Positions 1-13,620 of a DNA stretch of 64,000 bases are shown one piece after another. A program made the translations under genes and the position numbers. How positions within the stretch are numbered: the first letter of the stretch is position 1; every line of letters begins with the position of its first letter. Below the pieces are notes generated by a model, which had not been told where the DNA came from, did not search any database, and saw only the letters and a program-made list of their open reading frames with translations. This DNA comes from Diadema antillarum (taxonomy: Eukaryota), in NCBI RefSeq assembly GCF_040938485.1, contig NW_027272022.1, positions 1,116,001 through 1,180,000 on the forward strand, written 5' to 3'.

Positions 1-674
1 TTACGACTGCGTGCACTCAATCGCGAGATTTTAGATCTTGATTTGTTTGGAAAGAGATGAGGGAGATGGATAGAGACGAATAGATAGACAGCGGGAGAGA
101 GAGAGAGAAAGAAAGATGGGTGAGATTTGAGGGAGACAAATGAGAAATATATAGAGAGAAATAGATATAGTATAAGAGACAGGAGGAGAGAGTGTCAGAG
201 AGATAAAGATGAAGAGAAATAGACAAACAGGGAGAAAAAAAGACACAAATGAGATACATGCATACAGACAGATGGACAGAGTGAATGAATGAGAGATAGA
301 GAGAGAGATAGATAGATAGAAAAAGAAAAAAAAGAAAGATAAGGAACGAATGGTAATACACAAGGTTTCGGATAAATTTTCCAGTGATAACATTCAGCTA
401 GGATGCTATCTGACAATGAGATGGTTGATGATATCGACGATGACTTCCCTGCCAGGAATGCGACCAACGACCCTTGCAGGATGATCCACGGAACATCTGG
501 TTGTCAAACAGCCACTTTACATCAGTATCATCCTCCTTCTTTCCAGTCCTCCTCTTCCCTTCTCCCTTCCGTCTCTCTCATTCTCTCTTCCTTTTCTTTT
601 TCCCTTTCTCTTCCTTCTTTCTCACGCTGTCTTGCTCTTTCCATTTTTAATCAGTGCTGCATTGTTGACTTTAA

Positions 675-1137
675 AGGGACATTCCAGACGATTTTCATAA
701 TTTCACATCATGTAGTACATAAATCGACAACTCTATAATTATACAGATTTGGGGAATTTATTGTGGTTCTTTAGCAGAGAAACAATACTTTGAAAAACCA
801 TAAACAAATTACACTGAACAAGGATGATGACATAGGAGGTTCACATATTTCAGAAATGTAGCAGTGTAATTCCATTACAATACTGCTTGCTTGCGAGTTC
901 ACCTGTGCATAATCGATGCATGCCTTCTTCTTTTGTTCTGTTTCCTTGAGCCCCAACTCATGCATTCTTATGGTGACTCTGCCATGTCATCATCCTTGTT
1001 CATTGCAATTTGTTCTAAATTTTGACAATGTTCTTATTCTTCATCCAAATTATCACAAAATCTGAAACTCTGTCCTCAGTATAACTAATTTATGGTTGTC
1101 CAAATGAAAAAATCTGAAAATCATCCGGAGGTCTCTT
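675..1137. mobile_element. TTAA-flanked non-autonomous DNA transposon (Kolobok-like MITE)
   Basis: TTAA at 671-674 and 1138-1141. Termini AGGGACATTCCAGACGATTTTC and GAAAATCATCCGGAGGTCTCTT are imperfect inverted repeats. Internal ~30-bp inverted arms (acaaattacactgaacaaggatgatgacat / atgtcatcatccttgttcattgcaatttgt). Confidence 0.7.
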
Positions 1138-1773
1138 TTAATCAATGAGATTTTAAACAGCTGAGGGCAAAAATTCCAATATAAAGTACAAGTTTAGATG
1201 AACTAATGGAGACGTTTCTCAGTCAAGTGGGGTTTACGTTTTCAAAGGACAGGTGCTTATTTTCCGTCGGAGAGCAAGCTACAATCTTAAGTGTTTCAGT
1301 GAAAGCTGGTATATCCGTCTACTAAAAGAATGCTTCCGCAGGAAAGATTATGATTTTGCGAATGCAGTAATACGAGCAAACAAATTCAGCAAACAACATC
1401 ATTGATTTGATCCCATACTTCTATCAAAGATCTGATCAATGTCAAGGAATCATTCACTCTTTCACTATTGAAAAAAGAAATGACCAAGAAAGTACACACC
1501 ACTCCCTTTCCCGTGCCTTACCACTATCTGTATCTGATGCATATAGCATATATGGGCTTCTTTAACTGATATACATTGAAATACGATGTGCGAACGAAAT
1601 GCGAGAGAGGCTCATGTCACGCTTTCACAGTTTGTACACCCGTGATAGATTTGCGAGACAAACTGTCAATAGTGGTAACTGCCATTAGACAAGTGATTCA
1701 CAAGGGACGGGCGGGTGAGGGGGGGGGGGGACGGTGGAGGGTAGCAACATGAATAAAGCATACGAATGAACAG

Positions 1774-3006
1774 TCCATCAATAACACGCCAGATTCGATA
1801 AATATTCTGTCTCAATGTAGGCATAAAGTTATCAAAGTGGTTGTTAATGCCACTGACGCTTAGAGAACAATGAGAGGCGATAGAAGAAATTTGCCTTCAC
1901 CCAATTCCATAATTTTGTCATTCACGCACTCGTTATTTTTAGACGGACTCTCCCCAAATAAGAGCAACAACAAAATGATATCACATTGCTGTGCATTTTA
2001 CGTCATGACTGCTGCGACCGTGGTGACTTTTGATGATTGCACTGCTGAAAACCACACCTGGTGTAACCTCTTCTCTGCAGCGATGGTAATTTCTATGCGT
2101 GGCACAGCCAGACACCGGATGAAACCAATCGACAAATAATGAGCCCCTCCCCCACCCCCCCCCCAAAAAGCCAAATGGCGATTCAAATACAAATTTTACA
2201 GTACAATTTGTACAATACTGAATATATTAAACACCTCTTGCAGCCAATCAAGCGCTTCAGGAGCTGTCATATAAATTAGATCTTTGTTGAACAACTACGC
2301 GCCTTAAGCTTCGCAGTGTGCTAGGGATGCTGCAGGTGTTACAGATGCATTATCGTACTCAAGCCAATTGACATTGGCCTATTGTGGTGACCTACTTACA
2401 GTGTCCTCTCAAAACAATTTCAAATGTGAAATATGAATATATGGTTATGATCTGCTGTTCATTGTCGCAAGGCTGTTGCTATTATTCCACATACTGCTTT
2501 CTGTTTATTCATTCTTTCTCTCATAGAATGTCGTTTACCTTTCAGTAATATCCATCAATACCACGCTGGATATTCTTTTTTTTTGCCTCAATGTAAGAAT
2601 AAAACGACCTAAGTAGCTTTTAACGCTACTGACAATTGGACAATAAGAGGTGATGGAAGAACGTTGCTTTCACTTAATTCCATTACGTCATTCACGGGCT
2701 CATTATCTTTAGACGAATGTTTCCCAAATAACAATACGAAAATGATATATTGGTGTGCATTTTGTGCGATGGCTGCTGAACCTGTGGACGGTAGCAATGC
2801 TAAACGTTTGAAAACCACACATGGAGTATTCGATCCATGCGGGAAAGGTAATTCTTTACATGACACAGCCAGACACCAAATAAAACCAATAAAGAGGGGA
2901 GGGGGGGGGGGGGGGAAGCCATGACTTCATCTAGAAATACAAATAGTCGAGTATATAATCTTTACAAAACTAAATACATCAAACACAATTGGCTGTCAGT
3001 CAAGCG
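1774..3006 (+). repeat. Diverged direct duplication (copies ~1774-2254 and ~2551-3006)
   Basis: Colinear shared blocks (tccatcaata, ctcaatgta, aattccat, gtcattcacg, cccaaataa, aaaatgata, gaaaaccacac, cacagccagacacc, aaaccaat, aaatacaaat, tcaagcg) at an offset of about 750-780 bp. Confidence 0.85.
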
Positions 3007-5699
3007 ATAAACATGCTGTTATGCGATTGTCATTGAGTCATTGATGAATTATGTGCAACGCATTCCTTCTTTTATAGTTTCTGTCATAGTTTCATATTTC
3101 ACCTCATCATAATGAGGGGTTCTAGTAGTAGTAATAATTTCATTTCATTTCATTTCAATCATTTATTGTCCATATCATGGATATTAGTTTTGTTCACATG
3201 CTTTAAAAACTAACAATACAATTTCATAATGATAATGATAATGGTAATGAAATAAAAAAGCAACAGTACTAATTATGAATAATAATTATTATAATATATA
3301 TAAACATATACACACACATATATATTACATTTATATATATATCGTCTTATTTCTTTTTCTTTCATAAAAATAATAGACAGTCGGAATGTATGTGTGTGTC
3401 TGTCTGTGTGTAATCAGCATGCATGCATACCAGGTGACTCCTATAACTGGCTGCTTTAGCAGTCGTTAAGTTGCATATACTTGCTCCCAGTAATACGGAA
3501 GTAGGCAATATCTCCTGGCCTTTATTCTCTTGCAGTCTTTCTAAGATGTAGGGCCTACTGTGAGTTCTATCGATCTGCTCGGACTGAACACAATTTTGTT
3601 TCTATCTTTATCTTTGACCGCGAGCAATCACACTTACAGCGCGCGCACACACACACACACATACAGAAAAGTTTACGAAACACTTAACAAAGGAAATCGG
3701 AATTTGATCATGGCGCGGCGCCGACAAATCTAATTACTCCACGCACGGACATTGTTATCGCGCTGATCAATTTCGGCCGGGTCAGCCATTGTGACCTGGA
3801 TGCCAATAGACAATGAACTTTCGTCAGAGGAATTTTGATGCCCAGCCCTGCGCGATGGAGAATGGTAATGTAGGTGGAGGTGGTGTGGAAGGGAGTATAG
3901 GAGATATGGCGGGTTGAATACACGCAGGAGATCAAAACTTAATGCAGGAATAATACCACGCTTCAGCGCGCTTCCAAGCCGGTCTTTTATAGTGCAGAGA
4001 TGACAACGGGCAGCAGGTGCCTATATCATGGTGTTTCATATGCTTCCCTTACATTTTTGCGCACACCTGAAGATAACAAAATGCGCATTATGGAGTATAT
4101 GACTCACCAATGGGTTCGACTATCTTTTTCTAGGGCGATATCTGTTCCTTCCAGCAAGAAAAGTATTCACATTAAAGGTAGCATTTTGTTGATGTCAATT
4201 ATTCTACCAAAAGCGAAAACTAGATGCTGCAGTTGCCTTCTATGGCAAACAAAGTAAGATGGTCCGCGATTGATAAAAGTCCTAGTCTGGTTGGTAAATA
4301 CAGTCATTTAATTGCACCGCTATAAAACCCCGTCTCTCCTTGCGCAGCTTGCTCGCATGTACAAAGCGTGTACCTTTATATATTTTACCCATGGCATTCT
4401 TTTCCATGTGTTACACGCTCTGAAATGAACAATGCTTGTATGTGCATGCCCTGCCCCCTCCCCCCCCCCCCCCCCCACCCAAAAAAAGAAAGACTGCTAC
4501 CATTCTGGAGCAGTATTGTTTCTTATACATCACAAATCGACAGACACCTATCGCGAAAGAAGACCCGACAAATCTTAGGAACTTTGGGGTACAGATATCG
4601 GGAAAATTTGATAGTGCCATAACTCTTCGATTACAGCACACTTTCTTTTTCTTTCGATCCCCTTTGAAACGAATAAATCTCCGCCTGAGACTACTTATTT
4701 ATGAAATTTAGGGCACACCATTTAAAGGCCTTTCACAATTCTTCTTGAGTATAATCTACTTCATTTCTTTTGTTACCTAATGGGCAATGAAGTTAAGGTA
4801 AATCGTAACAACATTAATGAAAGGAAAATAGAAATACACATTTATTTACCATGTAAATGTATACTGTGTGTGTATGTGTGTTCATAGATGTATTTATGTT
4901 TCAAAACGGGCACTCTCGAATAATCAAGACAACATTAGTCAAGGCTTGAAAAAAAAAAAAACCAGAACTTGATAGTAATTTGGATATTAGCCACTGCCAG
5001 ACGATAATCATATACTGTATTGTACTAACTGAGATCAATTACATCACAAGCAGTGTACGGCACTGCTCAACATGGCAGCATGTCTACATATCAGGCAATG
5101 ACGCAATGTTGTCAGCAATATGAAGGATATTGAGTGGTTGTTTTTCCTGCTGAGTATTATTCAGATTTCATAGTTCTTTTCCCGTTTCCCCCGTTTTGGG
5201 GGACAGGACGGAACTGCGCTCAGATGTCGATGTTGAGTGGTTTACCGATGAGCGAACGCAGTCTCCTTTTCAGCGAATGAAACTGATACCGACACCAAAT
5301 CTGACTTCAACCATCCCCCCCCCCCTTACCACCAGTATCTCCGACTCGTTAACAGTACAGTTTGTTTGTAAATCATTCTCATACCTGGGATCATTCGAAC
5401 ACCATCGCATTTGTAGAGGAGATAAATATCCCTACTTTGACATAATTTTATACAAAGGATATCATGTTTCCTGTTTGTTTGCAATAGGCAAGTGCATTTA
5501 TGAATTTCTACACTCCATTCAATTTAAGAGGTGAGTCACGTGGTTCACAATGAACTACCTTCACGGTGTTTTAAAGTGCAATTTATGCTATCATTAGACA
5601 CACAATATTTTTAATCTCAACTATGATGCAATAATTATCGGTCACAGGCCCAAGAAGAGGGACATACTGTAGCAGTCCTTTATCGTGTACGCCAATTAA

Positions 5700-6265
5700 A
5701 GGACAAGTCCACCTTCATATACATGTGAATTGAGTGAATGCAACAATATTAGTGGAACACATCAGTGAAAGTTTGAGGAAAATCTGACAATCCATTCAAA
5801 AGTTATGATTTTTTTAAGTATCTGCGCAATCACTGCTGGATGAGAAGACTACTACAGTGTATGGTGTCACATGTGTACAACGACATAAGGAAAATAAAAA
5901 GAGAATTTCATAAAACTTTTCTTTTTTAATAAAGTGCACATTTCTTCGACTTTTTACTGACGTACAGCAAGGGTAATATCATTCCCCCTGCCTTCTGAAA
6001 GAGAGAATTTGAGTGTTCTTTTGTTATGCGAGAAAAGTGAAGATATGTTGAATTTTCTTTATACTTTCTTTATATCGTTGTACACAATAGATATGTGACA
6101 TCATACACTGAAGTAGTCTTCTCATCCAGCAGTGACTGAGCAGAAACTTCAAAAATTCATAACTTTTGAATGGATTGTCCGATTTTCCTCAAACTCTCAT
6201 TGATGTGTTCTACTGATATTGCTGCATTCACACAACCCACATGTCTATGAAGGTGAACTTGTCCT
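5700..6265. mobile_element. TTAA-flanked palindromic MITE (Kolobok-like)
   Basis: TTAA at 5696-5699 and 6266-6269. Termini AGGACAAGTCCACCTTCATA and TATGAAGGTGAACTTGTCCT. The inverted arms extend about 200 bp inward. Confidence 0.9.
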
Positions 6266-6920
6266 TTAAGATCATTGAGTATTCTATATGAAAACACATG
6301 ATGTGGTCAGTGTAATATGAGAACACATGACGTGGTCAATATTTGATAAGCTTGCTATTCAGGAAGAGGAATCACAGATATCTGAGGTTGTCTTTCAGAT
6401 CTTCCTTGCACTCGTATACAGCTCTTTCATATTTTCTTCGCTCAAGCGGTGTCATTTTGATGTCGTCCCGAAGGTCATCCAACTGTGTAATCTGATTTAT
6501 TATGTATTTTGTAATATATTATGCATTGTTTGATATGTTACATATCTATCTTATATTGTGTTATGTATTATGCATTTGTTTCTGAATCGTCGTCATACTT
6601 AAATCGTAATCATGTGATTTTCAAAGAAAACAATGATTGTTGTATACATAGACAATGCCTGCCAAGAGAGGGCTTGCCTATGTACATGCCGAAGAGGTGG
6701 GGCTTAATCAGGGTTCGAAGTGCTTGTAGTCCCACATACAATAGATTATGCTGACATGTCCGGGGTACCTGTTGGTGGACTAACTGGGTGACTAGCTGGA
6801 GAGGGGATAAGAGATGAAGGGAGGTAAGAAATGGCCGAACTGCTAGCATAAAAAGAACAGGATATATAAAAAAGGGAGGGGATTTATTTATTTATTCTCA
6901 ACTGCGGTTTTATGATAAAT

Positions 6921-7073
6921 NNNNNNNNNNNNNNNNNNNNNNNNNNNNNNNNNNNNNNNNNNNNNNNNNNNNNNNNNNNNNNNNNNNNNNNNNNNNNNNN
7001 NNNNNNNNNNNNNNNNNNNNNNNNNNNNNNNNNNNNNNNNNNNNNNNNNNNNNNNNNNNNNNNNNNNNNNNNN
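6921..7073. other. Assembly gap
   Basis: Run of N. Confidence 1.
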
Positions 7074-8562
7074 TATTCGTATGAAATATCATTTCCACTC
7101 TCTGCGCCTAGTTGGCATGGTTATTACGTAACAATATGAAACTAAACATTTCTACCCTTCATAATTTCACTGTGAAGAAGGACGAGATCTATTGCCTTCC
7201 ACTTTAACTTACCTTTCTTTTTTATGTTCTTTATTAAATTGGGGAATGGGCAGCTTTTGAATTTTCATAGAATTTTAAACCCTGCTGCCATTTTCATATT
7301 ATTTGCCATTCATAATATAATCATTACACGTGTAATCAATAGTGCCATAGTAATAAAAGAACAGTCCTGTTTCTCTCTCTTTAAATGGAAGACTGCGGCC
7401 ATTGCCCTTGTTGGGCGATAAGGTAGTGATCAACCATAAACCATGATGGACGTCATAAATAGAATGTTTGGTCGTTGAAAAATGGTGGGAAATTGGCCGG
7501 CGTTGCCAGAGCAACCTGGCCGCTAATCAGATAAGGTCATGTGCGCATGATTAAACATGTGATAAAAATTAGATCATGTAATCATGTTCATTTGTCTCTT
7601 TCATAATGCCAGTATTCAAACCGACCCTCCAGGTTTTGTCTCTTAAGACTAAGGAAGGACAGGACGGCTAGGAGCAAATTTGGTTATCTCATTACGTGGC
7701 CCTTGATAACCATTCTCCCTCTCCCACAGCACCCGGCATGCCCGGCGAGGTTCTTAAGTCTTTCGTAGATATCCGTGTCATCACATTCCTAGACGGGGGA
7801 ATTCGTAGTCCGGGAGTGTGCTTTACACGGAGGAAATAATTATGATTCAAACACGGCCTTGACATTAAATTTGATGTATACTCTGCATGCTCTGCGGTGA
7901 ATTCTCCTGATCAGTATGGGAAATAATAGTGATGAGGATGCTTATCGTCAATGATCAAGAATCGTAAAAGTAATAGCACTCCAGAAAGGAGAGGTGAATA
8001 AGTAAAAACTATTACTAACATTTTAGCGCTTTTCACATGCTACGGAGTAAACATAATGTATTGTCCGCCAATGTCTGTAATAATTTCAGTATTGAAAGAA
8101 AGCTTTTTTTTTTCTAATTCGCACCGATACTCGTGTTGAGTTCATTTCACACTGTGATCATTTGGCTTATGTAGGGACACTACGTCAGGTATAACGAGAT
8201 CAGCCCATCTGCTTACGGGAGTAGCTACTATTATTGGTTTAGGTGAGGCATTGAACTTCATTGAACTTCTTTTTTCCCTAAGACACAGACTCAGACAAAC
8301 AAACACATACATAAACACACACAAACACCAAATCACACACACACATCTTTTTCTTTTCAGTCACATCTCTAAATGTAAAGTCAGTGATGATCCCGATTTT
8401 AAAAGTAATATGCCTTTTGATTACACTAATACACTATACACAAAATATTTTAAGATGTATAATTTGAGGTTTGAATTTTCTTCTCCCTCTAACAAATGGA
8501 ATCTTTAAGATCACAACTGCTGATCTGTAATTTAACAAACATGTCGATAAAAAACACACACA

Positions 8563-8640
8563 CGTGACTCGAACCTGTCATCTACTGCTTTCTGGGCAGC
8601 GACACTACCACAAGACTATCCCTGGTTGCCGGCAGTGACA
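8563..8640 (-). mobile_element. tRNA-derived SINE head or tRNA pseudogene fragment
   Basis: Minus strand has an A-box-like tagtcttgtggtag, a stem-loop ctgc-ccagaaa-gcag and a B-box ggttcgagtc. There is no acceptor stem. Confidence 0.5.
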
Positions 8641-11151
8641 CGATGAACTCGGAACAAATACCCAATCTCCGAAATTCCGACATTGTTATGTTAAGTATAG
8701 TCCAAGGCGGACGAGGCTTTGTTGTTCAACATTCTTTATCATATCAATAAACAATGTAACATGATAGAGAATATCAAGTAGAAGAAAATTGAAACCTCAA
8801 CCTTCAACCCCTCAACGTAATATTCTCTTGCATTTATGTGTAATTTGATTGATGAAATATAATACACACACATATCATTAGTATTTACGCATTTTCATGT
8901 ATATGTATATATGACTTTATAATCATATACAACACATTTGCATATCATTGGGACATATGAGTTATGAAAGTACTCCCTCTCCCACCCCCCTCATCCATTT
9001 AAAAAGTTTTTTTTTTTAAAAATATAATACGACCTGTGCAGATAAATGCGTACTCGCACATACTTCTATACACAAGCGCGCAGACACACATTTCTCGCCA
9101 CACCTTCACGTGTCTAATGCCCGTGCCATCACTATCGAAGCGGAATCGAATCTCCGGAACGATTGGCGCCTGTTTGCACCTGCGCTCCGAAATCTTCCCC
9201 CCTCCTCCTCTCTACCCACTTTTGCTTTATGTGATTCATTCACACGTAAAGACTGCTTGCAAGACAGCGCCGGGACCTAGAGCAAAGTCAACTTTAATCA
9301 GGACTTCCAGTAATGACTAGTATGGACAAAACAAAAATCATCAAGACAATGTGTTATTCATGTGAGCATATTTTTCATGAGCTTGCGTAAATTTTGAATA
9401 ATATTATTCTTCTGAGGAGGTTAAAAAACACGAAATCGCTATGCATTCCTCTGCAAAACAAGACAATGGAAGAATAAGATATGATTCGAGTAATCACCTA
9501 AGGATCTCTGCAAAAAAAAAAAACAATGAGGGTGATTTCACTTTTGTTCTTTCTTTGGCACAAGGAAACTTCACATCGATAAACATGTCATTATTCTGTC
9601 AAATTAAGTACAGAACATCAGAATGGCAAGAGACACTCAAGGGCGCATAGATGGTATGTTTTCATTACGTAACACGGTCGACGGTAACATAATCATCCTA
9701 CTTTGCAAAATAAGCCGCCAGGAGCTAATGGTTGCAGCCCAGATAGTTTGCCCTTTATGTAAGAGCTGTCCAATGGCTCTTGCTTTCCACAAGTTATTCA
9801 AAAACACATGCTTGTTTTCTCTATATACACAATCACACACAAAAGTGCATTTTTCGCTTCATAATGATGGAATGAGTAATTGTTGCCGTCAAAAATGCAT
9901 AATGCATAATGTTGCAAAAAAATGCAATAAGATAAATAAAATATAAAAGTTTTGAAACATGTGACTCAGTTAATAGGAATATTTCAATAATGGTTTGAGT
10001 GAAACGCAGGTACATGTGGTATCTTTTCTTTGCCACCGTTATCATTATTAAACTATTACTAGGCATGCTACTGTGCAATTCTTAGGGAAAGCACTAGTGT
10101 CAGTTTTATTGATGTCAACTTTGTATGCTTTTTCGCTTCATGACTTTATCATTCCCATTTTCACGATCGATTTGAAAGCGTTACCGCAATTTGTTTAATT
10201 CTGATTACGGTAGTTATTTTAACGCTTGCTTTAGGAATGTCTATCACTGGTATGATCAATCAGGTATTCGCTTCCCGGCCAGTGCCTCTAGACCTCCCCC
10301 TTTTTTGCGTCACAGCAGTGATGTGTGTAGTATAGATGATTTCTGTACACCTACGAACGCCTTATCCAAAGCAATAATCTCTGAGCAACAAATCCCAAGT
10401 GGGCAAACCTTCCAAAGTTAAGGTATCATGGTTGAAAAAAGACGTACCTTGTTTTTGAATACATTGATTGGGGTAAGATACATAATTCAGCGCAGCGTGG
10501 AAACCGAAAGCATTGCAGCAGAAGAGGTTCTTTGAATTATATATCCAGTACACCAGAAGAATGCTTGTCAAAGGAGTCCAAGGGAGAGAGGGCTGCTGCT
10601 GGAATAAATGCCAGCACAGACGACATCAGACAGTAATGCCCCGGGGGGTTCCAGACAATACCCAAGACCTGTGTGTTCACCTCTTTTCAGGTTCGAGGTC
10701 ACTCTCCGTGCTGGCAGTTCAGATCATGGATAAATGTTGATAAAAGTATTTGGTATGGATTTATCAGGTACACATATATAGTTAAAGTTATCGCAAATAA
10801 AATCATTGCCAATGCTATGTGATTAATGGTCATGTTGCTCACGCTCAATAGCTGATTAAATAATGATGCAATAGTAATAACGACAGTGAGAATGGTAACA
10901 AACAGTAATCACCTGAATAAATGTTGAGACACGTTGTTGTAGTCTTTCACAAAGACAAAGTGGTCGTTCGAGAATAGATTAAAAAAAAGTGTAAGTTCTG
11001 TATTGGTGCACGTTTTTTGCCACTCAAATGGTTCCATGTGGTGTGAGATGCGAATGACTTCACCTGCAGAACATTTATTCCAACAAATCACTACTCAACA
11101 TGATTTATCTCCCTGGAAGATGTTCAGTGGCCTCGAGTCGGTTGCCTTTAA

Positions 11152-11509
11152 AGGCATTGTTTACCTTTTGCAGATGGAACAAAAACCCCTGCTTTGGTGC
11201 TTCAAAATAGTTCTAAAATGTGAGTTAGGGATAGAAACAACAAATGTAAAGTGTTTGATCGTTATAATCAGTGTTTAATGTGTGAACAATAGCTATACTA
11301 GGATTGTGTCTAGGCTAAACTGTCTAGAGTTGTGGTTTAGTGAAAAAAAAAACACCCAGTAATATCTCATTTTTATTCTGGGCTTTACTGAGAACTTTTT
11401 GAGATGGTAGGATGTTTTGTGATACAACTGACCTACACATAATTATGCATCAAATGTGATAGCTCGAACAATTTTTAAAATCACTGCTCCCAATGGTAAA
11501 CGATTCTTT
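11152..11509. mobile_element. TTAA-flanked MITE (Kolobok-like), degenerate
   Basis: TTAA|AGGCATTGTTTACC at the left end and GGTAAACGATTCTTT|TTAA at the right end. Confidence 0.6.
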
Positions 11510-11643
11510 TAAGTGCAAAGTGTGCAGGGAGTTATAAGAAAAGAAAAACACATAACAGGCAGAATTACATTTACTAATAATACCACGGAATTACCAATAC
11601 ACATCTCCTACACTATACCACGGTATACTTCAAAAATATAGTA

Positions 11644-11709
11644 AGGATTTGAACCCCAAGCTTTCTGTGTATAAATCCTGAGCCATATCCACTATAACAC
11701 AGTGGTCCC
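11644..11709 (-). mobile_element. tRNA-derived SINE head fragment
   Basis: Minus strand has an A-box-like tgttatagtgg and a B-box ggttcaaatcc at tRNA-like spacing. Confidence 0.45.
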
Positions 11710-11729
11710 ACAAAGGTAGCTTTGAGCTT

Positions 11730-11870
11730 CAGGAGCTTCTTTCACGGGTACAACCATGCTTTAACACCAAATTTCAATATGTCCATGGTACTCAGAATAG
11801 AATTCTACAAAAAGTGTTTTAGTAGAATTTGGCAAAATAAACAGAACATTTTGAAAGTGGTGTCCCCACT
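11730..11870. mobile_element. Right-end fragment of another TTAA MITE
   Basis: Ends in GGTGTCCCCACT|TTAA, the same terminal style as the other TTAA elements. No matching left end was seen. Confidence 0.35.
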
Positions 11871-12111
11871 TTAAAGTGCAATGGTGGTGACAGTCACGTA
11901 TACCGATTGAATGCAGTGATTATGTCATCGCGTCAGGAGTTTCCTATTGGTTTGCGAACAATTGTCATCTAAACTTCCTACATTGAGAAGTATCTTCAGA
12001 ATATCTACAAAACATCAAGTCATATTATTCGCACAAAACACTGTCCAGTTGTAACCGCAGAGCAATGAAAACTCTTTTTCATTTATTGGAAAATTCATTA
12101 AGCAATGTTAA

Positions 12112-12500
12112 AGGGATGGTATAGCTTTGGTTGGGATGGAGCGTCAGGTTTACAACTTTCTTTTTGTGAGATAATGAGAAACCTCTTATTAAATAGGAAA
12201 GCACACACAATTCTAAGAGTAATTCATAGTTTACTTGATGAAAATTGGTTTTGAAATGGCCGAGATATCCAAAAAACAAAGTGGTCCAAATAAAAGGTGG
12301 GACACACCTTTCATCAGGGCCACTTTGTTTAACTTTGTGTTGGAATATCTCCGCAGTTACAAAACCGATATTTATCACACAAAGTTTGAATTCGTCTTAG
12401 AATTGTATGCTCTTGACAATATTTAATAAATGGTCTGTAATTATCTCGCAAACAGTTAAAATCTGAATCCCTATCTCAACCGAAACTAGACTATCGCTCC
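12112..12500. mobile_element. TTAA MITE, same family as 20951-21340 in opposite orientation
   Basis: TTAA|AGGGATGGTATAGCTTTGGTTG at the left end; right end CAACCGAAACTAGACTATCGCT is degenerate. The left arm closely matches the reverse complement of the right arm of 20951-21340 (shared gatgaaaattggttttgaaatggc.gagatatccaaaaaa). Confidence 0.85.
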
Positions 12501-13551
12501 AAAGAACGATGTCTATAAACTTTTTAGTACAAATTGATGAGGAAGTGGTATAGAGCTTTAATCGGATGGTTGCCTTTAAAACCATTATACACTAATGTCT
12601 TGTTCTGCACACGGCAAAATGAAACAGCCACGTCAAGGCTGGTAGCTGTTCTTCTCTCACCCCACCCCTCCCTCTTCGCCCTTTACCCTAAAATAAGCGA
12701 CCCTGACTTGAGCCTCAAAGCAGCACCTCTCGATCTGCTTGACAAAGTATGATTAGCATTACATCCATTGGCAGAGAACTTGGGCAGGGTACCCCCTCGT
12801 GGGATCACCTTGGCGAGCCCTCGACCGCTGGACCGTGAAAATGGCACTTAACTCTCCTAACAGCCTCCCTCCCTCCTCCAATTAAGGTGACTCTTCTCTC
12901 TAAGTGTATAATTCAGTAACGCACCTTCCCACCATCGTGAACATATGCTTTGCAAGCAACGGATTTGCAGTGGCAGACGTATTTGTCTATTCCTCTGTTC
13001 ACTGTATATTCCTGTAAAAGTAGTTAGATGGATTATATATTGCTCATTAAGCATCTATTCGCTTTTCTTTCTTTCGGGCCTAAAATGAGACACATCATGT
13101 AAAGAAGCCTTCAGTTGCATATCTCATAATCATTATGGTTGAGATGCCTTTACATTGCTGTAGAAGATTAGAGCGATGCAATAACCTCAAATTGTGGGCA
13201 TGGCGAGGATCAGTCGCATGAGCAAGTAAGAACTTTGAGGGAATTAGAGAAAGAGAGACGGATAAATAGACATATATATAAATTATATTCGTCTTTGGTA
13301 ATGTTTGGTAAAGCATGATACTCGGGATTTGAATGGACATAAATGCTTTATGTCCTTCACGCTTGACCGCACTTAAACCTCAAAGCCGATTTCAGTTTCT
13401 TTTAGCCATTTCGGAGGTACATTTTAGTCAATTAAACCAATTACGACAAATTATACATGAACAAAAACTTTAATGCACACGAATTCACCTATACCAAATG
13501 CGGGAAATAATGTTCAGTGATTTGATCAGGCCTACATGTTGTTGGGTTACA

Positions 13552-13554
<3 letters not shown>

Positions 13555-13619
<65 letters not shown>

Positions 13620-13620
13620 A
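13555..13620. repeat. (GATA)n microsatellite
   Basis: Direct reading. Similar GATA/TATC tracts occur at about 48733-48798 and 50150-50219. Confidence 0.95.

Noticed and set aside
403-530. Non-repetitive island with open frames on both strands between GA-rich and CT-rich tracts
   Set aside because: No convincing splice sites or family motif. ORF length comes from the flanking low-complexity DNA.
6670-6761. p53-like half-sites (GGGCTTGCCT, TGACATGTCC; also GGACATGTCC at 14657-14666)
   Set aside because: No full two-half-site element with good matches; consistent with chance.
7730-7838. Frame with FLDGGIRS, like FMN alpha-hydroxy acid oxidases
   Set aside because: A single short motif followed by Pro rather than Gly, with no good donor and no other exons of that family.
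8217-8277. Minus-strand AG/GT-bounded 61-nt frame, phase-compatible with the 26745 exon (EKRSSMKFNASPKPIIVATP)
   Set aside because: No recognisable homology. Such pseudo-exons are expected by chance in 26 kb.
10513-10740. ORF containing HRRHQTVMPRGVPDNTQDL, reminiscent of an LRR N-terminal cap
   Set aside because: Cysteine spacing is wrong, no LRR repeats follow and there are no supporting splice sites.
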